Assembly: GCA_038727095.1 (NCBI GenBank) | Contig: JAVYWK010000002.1 | Location: forward strand, 32,001 to 96,000 | Source of the DNA: Thermofilaceae archaeon | GTDB lineage: Archaea > Thermoproteota > Thermoprotei > Thermofilales > Thermofilaceae | Direction: 5' to 3' | Length of the DNA: 64,000 bases | Shown here: positions 52,284 through 60,536 of the stretch, one piece after another | Layout of the letters: each line of letters opens with the position of its first letter | How positions within the stretch are numbered: the stretch's first letter is position 1 | Position numbers and translations under genes: made by a program | The notes under the pieces: model-generated | The model's database searches: none | What the model saw: only the letters and a program-made list of their open reading frames with translations | Told to the model about the DNA's origin: nothing

Positions 52284-52649
52284 GTGGTCCGACCGTTAGA
52301 CCCCCTGAAGAAGTTACTGGAGCCAGCTACGCTTGCACCACTAGCTGTGATGTCAGCGCTCCTCCTCGTATCCGGCATTTTCAATGTTTTCTACACGTGC
52401 CTTCACGATTTAGACCAGTGCGCGGCTGCCCACTCGAGAATTGGACCCGTACCGGGAACGAGTCTACAGAACACAACTGAGTTCATCCTGAGCTTCATGG
52501 GTTACGCAATAATGATTTATGGCTTCTATAATCTCTACGATACACTCCGGCGTACCAGGAGGGATTTTACTCGAGAGATTGCGATCAGCCTTATCTTGAT
52601 AATCATCGGTACGCTGCTCATCGCTGTTATGTACTACGCGAAACGTTAA
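52284..52649 (+). CDS. Three-TM membrane protein resembling the OST3/OST6/DC2 family
   Basis: Three hydrophobic segments; QxxxE...GF spacing; TTTATA about 25 nt upstream. Confidence 0.65.
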   Translation: MVRPLDPLKKLLEPATLAPLAVMSALLLVSGIFNVFYTCLHDLDQCAAAHSRIGPVPGTSLQNTTEFILSFMGYAIMIYGFYNLYDTLRRTRRDFTREIAISLILIIIGTLLIAVMYYAKR

Positions 52650-52653
52650 ACGG

Positions 52654-53268
52654 ATGCCTGCATTAGATAAGCTTTTAACATTTCTAACAAAAAGGTTAGA
52701 CAAAGGGGCTTTAGTTCTTTACGGTGGGCCTGGTACGTTTAGAACTAGGCTAGCCCTTTTCCTATGCGAGCAGTTAGCACCATCCTTTTACATAGGTGCT
52801 GGGCGGCACGCTCGCTTAAAGGTGATCCTTCGCGGCGTTGAGGTTCGGGCTGTAACCTCGTTTTACGATGAACTGTTAACCACGATAGAATGCGTGGGGT
52901 TCTGTAAGCAGGAGAAAGTGAAGCTAGTGGCAATAGACGAGTTCATGGCCAACCTAGCGCCGTACAGGGCTTCGTTAAGTGAGAGTTACGTGTACCGGAT
53001 GGCGTTGACGGAGGTAAGCGTTCTCGGCTTGGCTGTGGAGGCGGAATGCAAGGTCTTACTCGTATGTGCTGAGGACTACAGAACGGGTGGACCCTTAACC
53101 ATAAAAATACTGCGGAGGCTTAAGCCTAGGCTTGTGCGAACTGTAGTTGTGAATGGGGTTTTAACCCTCGAAGAACGCGACCTAGCCGATCCGCTCATAG
53201 CCCTAGGAAGGTTTGAGGTAGACGTTGAAGAGGTGGAGAAAGCTTGCGGAGCCTTGTCTCAGAACTGA
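52654..53268 (+). CDS. Divergent RecA/RadB-like P-loop protein
   Basis: LYGGPGTFRT (Walker A with K to R), LVAIDE Walker B. Confidence 0.65.
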   Translation: MPALDKLLTFLTKRLDKGALVLYGGPGTFRTRLALFLCEQLAPSFYIGAGRHARLKVILRGVEVRAVTSFYDELLTTIECVGFCKQEKVKLVAIDEFMANLAPYRASLSESYVYRMALTEVSVLGLAVEAECKVLLVCAEDYRTGGPLTIKILRRLKPRLVRTVVVNGVLTLEERDLADPLIALGRFEVDVEEVEKACGALSQN

Positions 53269-53849
53269 CGCGGAGGGGCTTAGGGATCAACGTTAAAGAC
53301 CCTCGAGCTATCCAGAAAGTCTATTCGTGGTTGAGTGAATTGGGACTTGGATTATTGGTTGAAGTACGCACGACTGGCATCGAAGTACCGGACGCTGTCC
53401 TAAGTTCTGGGGATCCCGCGGTTTTCGCCTGCTGGCTTGCGATGTCTCTCACAGCGACGAAGAGAGTGGCCCTCGGAGTCGATTTGGGCTCCAGGCACCT
53501 GGGGCTTGCCGCTGTGGTTGGAGGAGTACTGGCTTTCTCGTGCGTTGCACGAAATCCTAAGAGGCTCGTTCACGTGATTTCAGCCCTTATAGGCCTCGGA
53601 GCGGAAGTGCACGTTCGTATAGGGTATTCTAGCCACCTCGCTGCTTTGGCCAAACAACTTTATAAGAAACTAGAGGCAGTAGGTGCTCAGGTTGAGCTTT
53701 TAGGGAACGAACAGGTAAAGGAAAGCGTAGTACTTGGTGACTTTACACAACTGGGTAAACTATCAAGCCATGAGCTTGACGCGCTCAAGATCGCACTTGC
53801 ACGTGATGCAGGCACGTCGCATAGTCGCGCTTCTACTCATAGATATTAA
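53244..53849 (+). CDS. RNase H-fold (YqgF/RuvC-like) hypothetical protein
   Basis: ALGVDLGSRHLGLAAV, VRIG, HELDALKIA. Confidence 0.65.
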   Translation: MRSLVSELTRRGLGINVKDPRAIQKVYSWLSELGLGLLVEVRTTGIEVPDAVLSSGDPAVFACWLAMSLTATKRVALGVDLGSRHLGLAAVVGGVLAFSCVARNPKRLVHVISALIGLGAEVHVRIGYSSHLAALAKQLYKKLEAVGAQVELLGNEQVKESVVLGDFTQLGKLSSHELDALKIALARDAGTSHSRASTHRY

Positions 53850-53960
53850 AAAGCCAACGCGTGTAATATTTCGACTAACCATCTAATACTTGATTCAAAC
53901 GTTGGATTGCCTGCACAAGTGACAAAAGCTTAAAATAGCTTCAGATAAACGAGACAGTAC

Positions 53961-54065
53961 GCCGGGGTAGCTCAGCCCGGTGGAGCGCCCGGCTGTTAGC
54001 CGAGTTATGTTAAGAAATGGGTAGAAACCGGGAGGTCCCGGGTTCGAATCCCGGCCCCGGCGCCA
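53961..54065 (+). tRNA. tRNA-Asn(GTT) with a 28-nt intron (53999-54026) at position 37/38; CCA encoded
   Basis: GCCGGGG acceptor stem, CCCGG/CCGGG anticodon stem, T-loop; CTGT pairs with intron GTAG. Confidence 0.93.
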
Positions 54066-54245
54066 TCGATTTAATCTCAAGATTCAATCTATAAGGTAAC
54101 TATTTTTAAATTTGCTTATAATTATTAGCATGAATTTACAATAAGTGTTTACTAAAACGTGTTTACACTTGATTAATAAGCTGTCGACATGTGATTAGGG
54201 ATTATCGCGTGCAAAATTTAAATATGTGGGTGCTACGTACCTATT

Positions 54246-54374
54246 GGCGCTGAGCCGGCCATAGGGCGACTGGAAACGCCCGGTCTCGTCAGATCCCGGA
54301 AGCTAAGCAGTCGCCTGCCGCCGCGAGTACTGGGGTCTGCGGCCCCGGGAAAGCGCGGTGCTGGCTACGGCGCC
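54246..54374 (+). rRNA. rrf: 5S rRNA (unlinked from 16S/23S; ends approximate)
   Basis: Terminal helix GGCGCTGAGCCGGC/GCTGGCTACGGCGCC, CCCGG...CCCGGAAGCTAAGC, AGTA loop E; TTTAAATA promoter at about 54217. Confidence 0.88.
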
Positions 54375-54470
54375 CGACTAATGTCAAATTCTTATTGGTC
54401 CAGTGTCGCACGGTACTTTTTTAAAGAGGGCGGACTTCTACTTTTTAGAAGTTGAGTCCAGGTGCAGGGA

Positions 54471-55562
54471 ATGCCGAACCGATCGTGTGATGCGTGCACT
54501 TACTATTTGCGTAGGGCGAATTATTGTGCATTACTGGCGGTTAAGGTTAAGGACCCGAAGAACCCACCTTGCGAGGCTGAAGAAGGGGGGAGCAATAGTC
54601 GCGGGATCGCTGAGGTGAGTACCACTCCTAGCACTGCAAGCAGCGTCTCCACGAATTTCGGGCCGGTTGCCACAGTAACGTCTCCCTCAAATCCTCCACC
54701 GGTAGCCGTCGATACGCAGTTACGGCAAGCACAACCTCAACCTGTCGCGCAGCAGGTTATGGTTCCTGCTGAGGCTTACAGGAGTTTTGAGGATCAGCTT
54801 GAGATTGTTCCTACAACGTTAACAGGCTTCGATTACGCTAGCACAGGTATTCGAGAGCTCGACGAAGCCCTGGGGGGCGGCTTCATAAAGGGGAAGACCT
54901 ACCTCGTTGCGGGTGAGACTGGTTGTGGCAAAACTATCTTCTCGATACAGTTTCTTCTAACGGGCGTTCTCTTGTACGATGAGCCAGGCGTCTACATAGC
55001 CATAGATGAGCCCACAGAGCAGCTGTTAAAAGGGCTGAAGCGCTTCGGGTGGGATGTCGGCGAGCTCATAAGAGGAAAGAAGCTAGTGTTCCTAGACATG
55101 AGGACACACTTCAGCAAGATATACCTGCGTGAGGAGAGGAGGAAAATCGAGCCCAAGTTTATCATAGAGTCGATACTTAACGCGGCGAAGAAGATCAAGG
55201 CGAAACGTCTAGTTATAGACCCAATCGCACCGTTAATCTATGGCGGTTCGCAAGAAGACGTGCTTTATGTGAGGGAGTTCCTCCGCGAAATGGTGTTTGC
55301 GATAGAGAGCCTAGGGACACTAACCACCGTGATGACAAGCGAAATTCCCACTGGCAGCAAGCAGCTGAGCCGATTTGGAGTTGAGGAGTTCCTGGCGTCG
55401 GGCATAATCGTGCTGGGATTAGAGGAGTTAAAAGGCGATATCGTGCGAGTTATGTACTTGAGGAAGGCGCGGTGGGCCCCGGCTAAGCCTACAAAGTTCA
55501 TCTTCGATATAGTCCCTGCAACGGGTATCGTGATCAGGGGGCTTTACCGAGAAACAGTGTAA
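54471..55562 (+). CDS. KaiC/RAD55-family RecA-fold ATPase with N-terminal Cys-rich domain and low-complexity linker
   Basis: STGIRELDEALGGG, GETGCGKT, RLVIDPI, SRFGVEEFLASGII, RKAR. Confidence 0.88.
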   Translation: MPNRSCDACTYYLRRANYCALLAVKVKDPKNPPCEAEEGGSNSRGIAEVSTTPSTASSVSTNFGPVATVTSPSNPPPVAVDTQLRQAQPQPVAQQVMVPAEAYRSFEDQLEIVPTTLTGFDYASTGIRELDEALGGGFIKGKTYLVAGETGCGKTIFSIQFLLTGVLLYDEPGVYIAIDEPTEQLLKGLKRFGWDVGELIRGKKLVFLDMRTHFSKIYLREERRKIEPKFIIESILNAAKKIKAKRLVIDPIAPLIYGGSQEDVLYVREFLREMVFAIESLGTLTTVMTSEIPTGSKQLSRFGVEEFLASGIIVLGLEELKGDIVRVMYLRKARWAPAKPTKFIFDIVPATGIVIRGLYRETV

Positions 55563-56317
55563 CGACGGGTCCTTCCCGCATCTTCTACAGCCCTTACAAT
55601 AGTGCCCAGCTTGGTGTGCAGATCTCCCTCCTCTTCGACTATCGTCCCCGTCACTATGATGTCCGCTCCAGCCGCTACAGCGGCTCTCGCCAACTCTGGG
55701 GTTCGTATGCCTCCACCTGTTATCAGCGGGATTTCAACGTTTTTGTCGATTGCTTCAATCAACGCTGGGGGTACAGGCTCACCACCAGACCCCCCTTCGA
55801 GGTACAGGAACCTGAAGCCCATGTATTGCGCTGCAAGCGCGAACGCTACAGCTATTTCAGGTCTATCGTATGGTATCAATCTAGCTTGACTAACGTAACC
55901 CACAGTGCCACCGACGCCCATCACTAGGTACGCTAGGGGGAGTGCCTCTAAGCCGTACCGTTTGACGACGGGTGCCCCCTGCATTTGACCAAGCACGATG
56001 AAGTACGGGTTCACGGAGTTGAGAACCGAAATGAACCACACCGCGTCAGCGAACCTACTTAGGTTGGTAGGCGAACCGGGGAAGAGTATTACTGGGAGAT
56101 CGCATGCCTCTTTGACGGAAAGGACGACCTCGTCAACCATGTGCTCAGACACCCCGACGCTCCCGCCCACCATTACCGCTGCAGAGCCCGCGCTCGCTGC
56201 AGCCTTCGCTACCCCCTTGGCCTGTTCACCCCCCATCCGTGCGGGATCTATCAGGACCATGTGGATTGCTCCACGCTCGTTAATTGCATCGAGAATATAC
56301 TTCTCAACTTTACCCAT
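55544..56317 (-). CDS. Geranylgeranylglyceryl phosphate synthase
   Basis: LIDP, VMVGGS, PVILFPG, LYLEGGSG, TGGGIR, IVTGT. Confidence 0.94.
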   Translation of the reverse strand: MGKVEKYILDAINERGAIHMVLIDPARMGGEQAKGVAKAAASAGSAAVMVGGSVGVSEHMVDEVVLSVKEACDLPVILFPGSPTNLSRFADAVWFISVLNSVNPYFIVLGQMQGAPVVKRYGLEALPLAYLVMGVGGTVGYVSQARLIPYDRPEIAVAFALAAQYMGFRFLYLEGGSGGEPVPPALIEAIDKNVEIPLITGGGIRTPELARAAVAAGADIIVTGTIVEEEGDLHTKLGTIVRAVEDAGRTRRYTVSR

Positions 56318-56564
56318 GCTCACTCACCGGAGAACTTTCATACACATCGAGGAATTTCGCGTAGTAGTCCACTGGCTGGTAGAACTCGCGATACTCGAAA
56401 TCAGCTGAAAGCCCGCAAGTGACACATCTAACTTGCACCAGCCCACCGCTCTTGTCTGCAACTACACTTACGCTTACTGAGCCGCAGCGGGGACATTGAA
56501 ACACTTTTGGTAGTGTGCGGCGGGGTCGTAGCTTGATCCTTTTTCTGCTCTTCCTCCTGCCCAT
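56310..56564 (-). CDS. elf1: Transcription elongation factor Elf1
   Basis: Basic N-terminus MGRRKSRK, LPKVFQCPRCG, CVTCG, PVDYYAKFLD. Confidence 0.92.
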   Translation of the reverse strand: MGRRKSRKRIKLRPRRTLPKVFQCPRCGSVSVSVVADKSGGLVQVRCVTCGLSADFEYREFYQPVDYYAKFLDVYESSPVSEHG

Positions 56565-56633
56565 CGAACAGCGATGTACCGCTCTGTCTTAAAATGTTTG
56601 CCCTCCTCACGGCTCCCATGGTGGACCGCCAGC

Positions 56634-58076
56634 CTACAGCCCAAGATTAGTAACTGCGAGCACGCGATCGCCACTCAAGTAACCCTCTAGCTCCACATCG
56701 GACCCTCTTATCTCCTCTTCAACGTAGGCCAGTAGCTTCGGTAGCATGCCCAGGACAGCCTGCTCCCTGATGTCATCCCAGCCAGCTCCTAGCAGCACCC
56801 CCACATGATCGATGCCGCTGACCACTGCACGCGCATATCCTGTACCGTCATCAACGTTGATGACCGCTCCTATCACTGGGCTCCCATCCTTCAGAATCTT
56901 GTGCTTGAAAGAGACAGATAGAATAGTGGCTTCGGTCCTTACGTAGCAGCCAGCGGACGATAAGTTGTCCATGAGCGCTTGGGGAGAGTGCTGTTGCTCC
57001 AGTATGCGTAGGTGGTAGAAGGGATTTAACCTTAGGCCGCGCGGAGTATAATAAACGCCTTTAAGCTCCAGCAGGGTAGCTGGCTTAACATGTCTTAGCT
57101 CGTTCACAAGGTTTTCATCGTACGTTAGAATGCTTGTACTGTGACGTTGACCACACAGAATTAGGGTGAGCTTATTATACGATGAAGGAATCACTGCTGC
57201 GTAACGACCTCTTACAGCGAAAACACTAAGAGGTAGCTCTTCATCATTATCCAAATCCACCTGCTTGAAGTCGATTGTGTCAACATTCGTGTTTCCGGTA
57301 ACAAAAACCCTTGAGACACGCGTTAGTTTATATCTCGTAAGACCCCCCATTAACTTCCTAGGTTCTTGAATCAGTACCATGTCACCACGCTGGATCTGCA
57401 GGGCTGAAGAAGAGGGGATTAGTACGCAGACGGGAGCTCCGTTGCTGACCCCGTACACTACTAAGCCGTTTTTGCCGACTACTACTTCATGGACTAGCAG
57501 TTTGAGAATATCTACGTTGTGAACCCCGACTAGCTCGTCAAGAGAGGGGATTGTGGGATCCTCAATTCTTTCAACAGTGCTGCCTTCCCCGATCTTCACT
57601 TCCACACGTCCTTTGTACTTAACGATAGCTGCCCGATTTATCAGGATACAATCCCCTGGCTTTACTTCCCGAGCTATCCGCTCCGCGGTCTCACCCCATG
57701 CAACACAGTCCACGCAGGCGGTTTCATCGGCTATAACGATTTTTACCATCATCTTACCGTCAGGGAACCTCCAGTCAAACACCTTCAGTACGCGCGCTAT
57801 TATCCGAACATTCTGCAACCCAGGTATCAGATCTTTTAAGGGAAGCTTCACTTTGCTTGGTAGGGGCGATTGAGGAAGTGGAACACCTAGCTCCCGCGCT
57901 ACTAGCAGCGCTGCCGCATCCTCATCGATCAAACCCTCCAACTCCTTTATCCTCTCCTCAATCATTTTGAGAATATGCGACTTTGTTAGTTCAGGCTTAT
58001 GCGATAGAATCTGATCTATGATCCTGGAGACAACTTGCTGCGCATCTAAAACATTGTTTCCATAGTTGTCCTGCAT
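56634..58076 (-). CDS. RPA/SSB-like multi-OB-fold ssDNA-binding protein
   Basis: Helical N-domain GLIDEDAAALLVARELGV; OB folds (IADETA...WG...VKPGD; VDDGTG). Confidence 0.8.
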   Translation of the reverse strand: MQDNYGNNVLDAQQVVSRIIDQILSHKPELTKSHILKMIEERIKELEGLIDEDAAALLVARELGVPLPQSPLPSKVKLPLKDLIPGLQNVRIIARVLKVFDWRFPDGKMMVKIVIADETACVDCVAWGETAERIAREVKPGDCILINRAAIVKYKGRVEVKIGEGSTVERIEDPTIPSLDELVGVHNVDILKLLVHEVVVGKNGLVVYGVSNGAPVCVLIPSSSALQIQRGDMVLIQEPRKLMGGLTRYKLTRVSRVFVTGNTNVDTIDFKQVDLDNDEELPLSVFAVRGRYAAVIPSSYNKLTLILCGQRHSTSILTYDENLVNELRHVKPATLLELKGVYYTPRGLRLNPFYHLRILEQQHSPQALMDNLSSAGCYVRTEATILSVSFKHKILKDGSPVIGAVINVDDGTGYARAVVSGIDHVGVLLGAGWDDIREQAVLGMLPKLLAYVEEEIRGSDVELEGYLSGDRVLAVTNLGL

Positions 58077-58282
58077 GACTCTGCTGCTCGGTAGAATTCA
58101 AGTCTGAGGCCTTTAAAGTATCTTTTCCCTTGCGTAGACGGTTTAACTGGTATTGACCTGGGAGAGCCCTGCGCGCAGCTGAATTTAAAGCGGAGAGCTA
58201 TGCACTCGATGAAAGGAGACGAAGGCAAACATCGTAATGGCGCAAAACCTTTATAGATCATCGGGCTAGAGAGGCGAGAGAA

Positions 58283-58918
58283 ATGTCAACGGTCGTAATC
58301 GGGGAAATTAGGCTGCCGGTTTCAGAGGCGTTCCGCATCTCCCTGGAGAACGTACGGCGGCGCTTTACCAGGGTTGCGATAACGACGGCCTCCGTAACCT
58401 TGGGTATAGCCTTCTTCGTCTCCCTCATGATGATGGCGTCGTTCCAAGCGCTGGCCGGTGGAGCTGGCATTCAACCATACATGTACTGGCTCCTCTTCAT
58501 CTCGCTCCTCGTATGTGGCGTAGGCATAACTAACAGCATGCTCATAGCGGTGGCGGAAAGGTACAAGGAGATAGGCACGTACAAGTGCCTCGGCGCTTTG
58601 GATCGCCACATCCTCGAGCTATTCCTTCTGGAGGCTCTACTGGTAGGCGGAATCGGAGGAGTAGCCGGCTACGCAGTTGGGCTCATAGCAGCGCTAGTGT
58701 ACGCGGCCGTTAACCCAGCAGTAGGTATTACAAGCGCGGTCAATGCTATGGTGCACACGAATCCCACTATACCGCTTGCCAGCGTGCTACCGGTCGCCTT
58801 AGCAATGCTCATACTCGGGGTCGGTATCGCGATGCTTCTCAGCTTGATTGCCACCCTTTACCCGGCGTACTATGCCGCGCGACTCAGCCCTGCTGAAGCT
58901 CTACGCTACGAGATCTAG
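58283..58918 (+). CDS. FtsX/MacB-family ABC permease lacking an extracellular domain
   Basis: GITNSMLIAVAERYKEIGTYKCLGA, YPAYYAARLSPAEALRYE. Confidence 0.9.
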   Translation: MSTVVIGEIRLPVSEAFRISLENVRRRFTRVAITTASVTLGIAFFVSLMMMASFQALAGGAGIQPYMYWLLFISLLVCGVGITNSMLIAVAERYKEIGTYKCLGALDRHILELFLLEALLVGGIGGVAGYAVGLIAALVYAAVNPAVGITSAVNAMVHTNPTIPLASVLPVALAMLILGVGIAMLLSLIATLYPAYYAARLSPAEALRYEI

Positions 58919-58960
58919 AAAACGTAATATACCCCTGTATCGTGTGTGGGGTGAAGGGGG

Positions 58961-59689
58961 ATGGCGCTCAGGTACGAGTACACGGTTGAGACTGAAGATC
59001 TAGCAAAGTACTACAAAATGGGGCCTTACATCGTCAAAGCCTTGGACGGTGTTAACCTAAAGATTAGAAGAGGAGAGTATGTGTCTATCATGGGCCCCTC
59101 GGGAGCCGGTAAAACCACTCTCTTCAACATGATAGGGGGGCTTGATCGACCTACAAGGGGGAGAGTTTACATAGATGAGGTGGACATCAGCAAGCTCGAC
59201 GCGTACGAGCTCGCCTGGCTCAGAGCGAGGAAAATCGGCTACATCTTCCAGACCTTTAACCTCATTCCGGTTTTAACCGCGATGGAGAACGTGATGCTGC
59301 CCATGATCTTCGCTGGCGTGAGGAGAGAGGAGAGGATCCGGAAGGCGAGGGAGCTGCTTGAGCGTGTTGGGCTTGGGGATCGGCTTTACCACCGGCCGAC
59401 GGAGTTGAGCGGTGGGCAGCAGCAGAGGGTTGCAATCGCTAGAGCCCTCGCCAACGACCCCGCAATCATCCTCGCCGACGAGCCCACCGGCAACCTCGAC
59501 CTGCAGACCGGCTTAGAAATCATAAATCTGTTGAGACAGTTGAATAAGGAGAGGGGAGTTACGATCGTCACTGCTACCCACGACCTCAAGATGATCGACG
59601 TCAGCGACAGGATCGTTTACCTCAGGGACGGTAGAGTCGAAAGAGTCGAAACGAGAGCAGAGATTGCCGTAGAGGCGGAAGAGGCTTAG
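58961..59689 (+). CDS. LolD/MacB-type ABC ATP-binding protein
   Basis: [35 protein letters not shown]. Confidence 0.95.
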   Translation: MALRYEYTVETEDLAKYYKMGPYIVKALDGVNLKIRRGEYVSIMGPSGAGKTTLFNMIGGLDRPTRGRVYIDEVDISKLDAYELAWLRARKIGYIFQTFNLIPVLTAMENVMLPMIFAGVRREERIRKARELLERVGLGDRLYHRPTELSGGQQQRVAIARALANDPAIILADEPTGNLDLQTGLEIINLLRQLNKERGVTIVTATHDLKMIDVSDRIVYLRDGRVERVETRAEIAVEAEEA

Positions 59690-59991
59690 GATAACAAGCC
59701 TTTAATTATCAGAGGGTAATAACTGTTTTTGAATTGCTCGAAGCTCACATGTACTTCGGGAACTGAGGAACTGGCAATTTCATAAGCTGCAAGGTGTACG
59801 CAACGTTCGCTCAATCTCCTGGTAAACACGTTAAAGAAGAAGCTGGAGCAACTGCAAAAAACGGGAGGCAACAGTAAGTATAACTTATCCAACTTTGTTC
59901 CGTAAGCGAGGTGTAAAGTTACTCCGAGCTCCTCAATACGTACCTTAAGCAGGCGTCTCTTACTGAGGAGCTTTCGAGCGGATCTTTCCAT
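59686..59991 (-). CDS. Small SWIM zinc-finger protein
   Basis: FCSCSSFFFNV...CVHLAA. Confidence 0.75.
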   Translation of the reverse strand: MERSARKLLSKRRLLKVRIEELGVTLHLAYGTKLDKLYLLLPPVFCSCSSFFFNVFTRRLSERCVHLAAYEIASSSVPEVHVSFEQFKNSYYPLIIKGLLS

Positions 59992-60497
59992 TAGCCTTCG
60001 CCCTGGTATGCCCCTCCGTAACCAACAGATGCTCCTTGGACCCGTATAAATATTAGTTGAACTACTCTAGCGTTGCGCTCCAGCACTATGCCTGAGTCAT
60101 TGTAGACAACGAGCAACGCGCGACTACGCCCCCTATAACCTGGATCCCAAACCGCAGTTTCAACGCTAGCACCACACCTGATCAAGCTGGATCGGGGTTT
60201 AGCTATCGCAGCGATACCCAACGGTAAATTCATAATTTCATTAAACACCAGAACATATGCGCCCTTGCTCAGGTGAACGCGACCATCAGGTTCGAAGGGT
60301 ATAGGCTCAGTGTCAGGGAGAACCCTTCCTCTGTTGTCAAAATTTATATGACCCACACCCTTAAATCTTCGCACCTCCCTTAACGATAGGTCAAAACCGG
60401 CAGGTTGAAGCTGAACGTCCAGATCCACCCAACCTTCAACAAGTGGGGGCTGCGATTCCAGTATCAACTTCAGCAGCTCATCTCTACCTAGTATCAT
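59991..60497 (-). CDS. dUTPase/dCTP deaminase family protein (probable trimeric dUTPase)
   Basis: QLQPAGFDLS, PRSSLIRCG, VWDPGYRG, ARVVQLIF. Confidence 0.9.
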   Translation of the reverse strand: MILGRDELLKLILESQPPLVEGWVDLDVQLQPAGFDLSLREVRRFKGVGHINFDNRGRVLPDTEPIPFEPDGRVHLSKGAYVLVFNEIMNLPLGIAAIAKPRSSLIRCGASVETAVWDPGYRGRSRALLVVYNDSGIVLERNARVVQLIFIRVQGASVGYGGAYQGEG

Positions 60498-60536
60498 CCC
60501 GTAGCCGTATGGAAGTAATTCCAGTTTAAGCTAACG

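Noticed and set aside
53895-54080. 61-aa minus-strand ORF
   Set aside because: It is the antisense reading of tRNA-Asn
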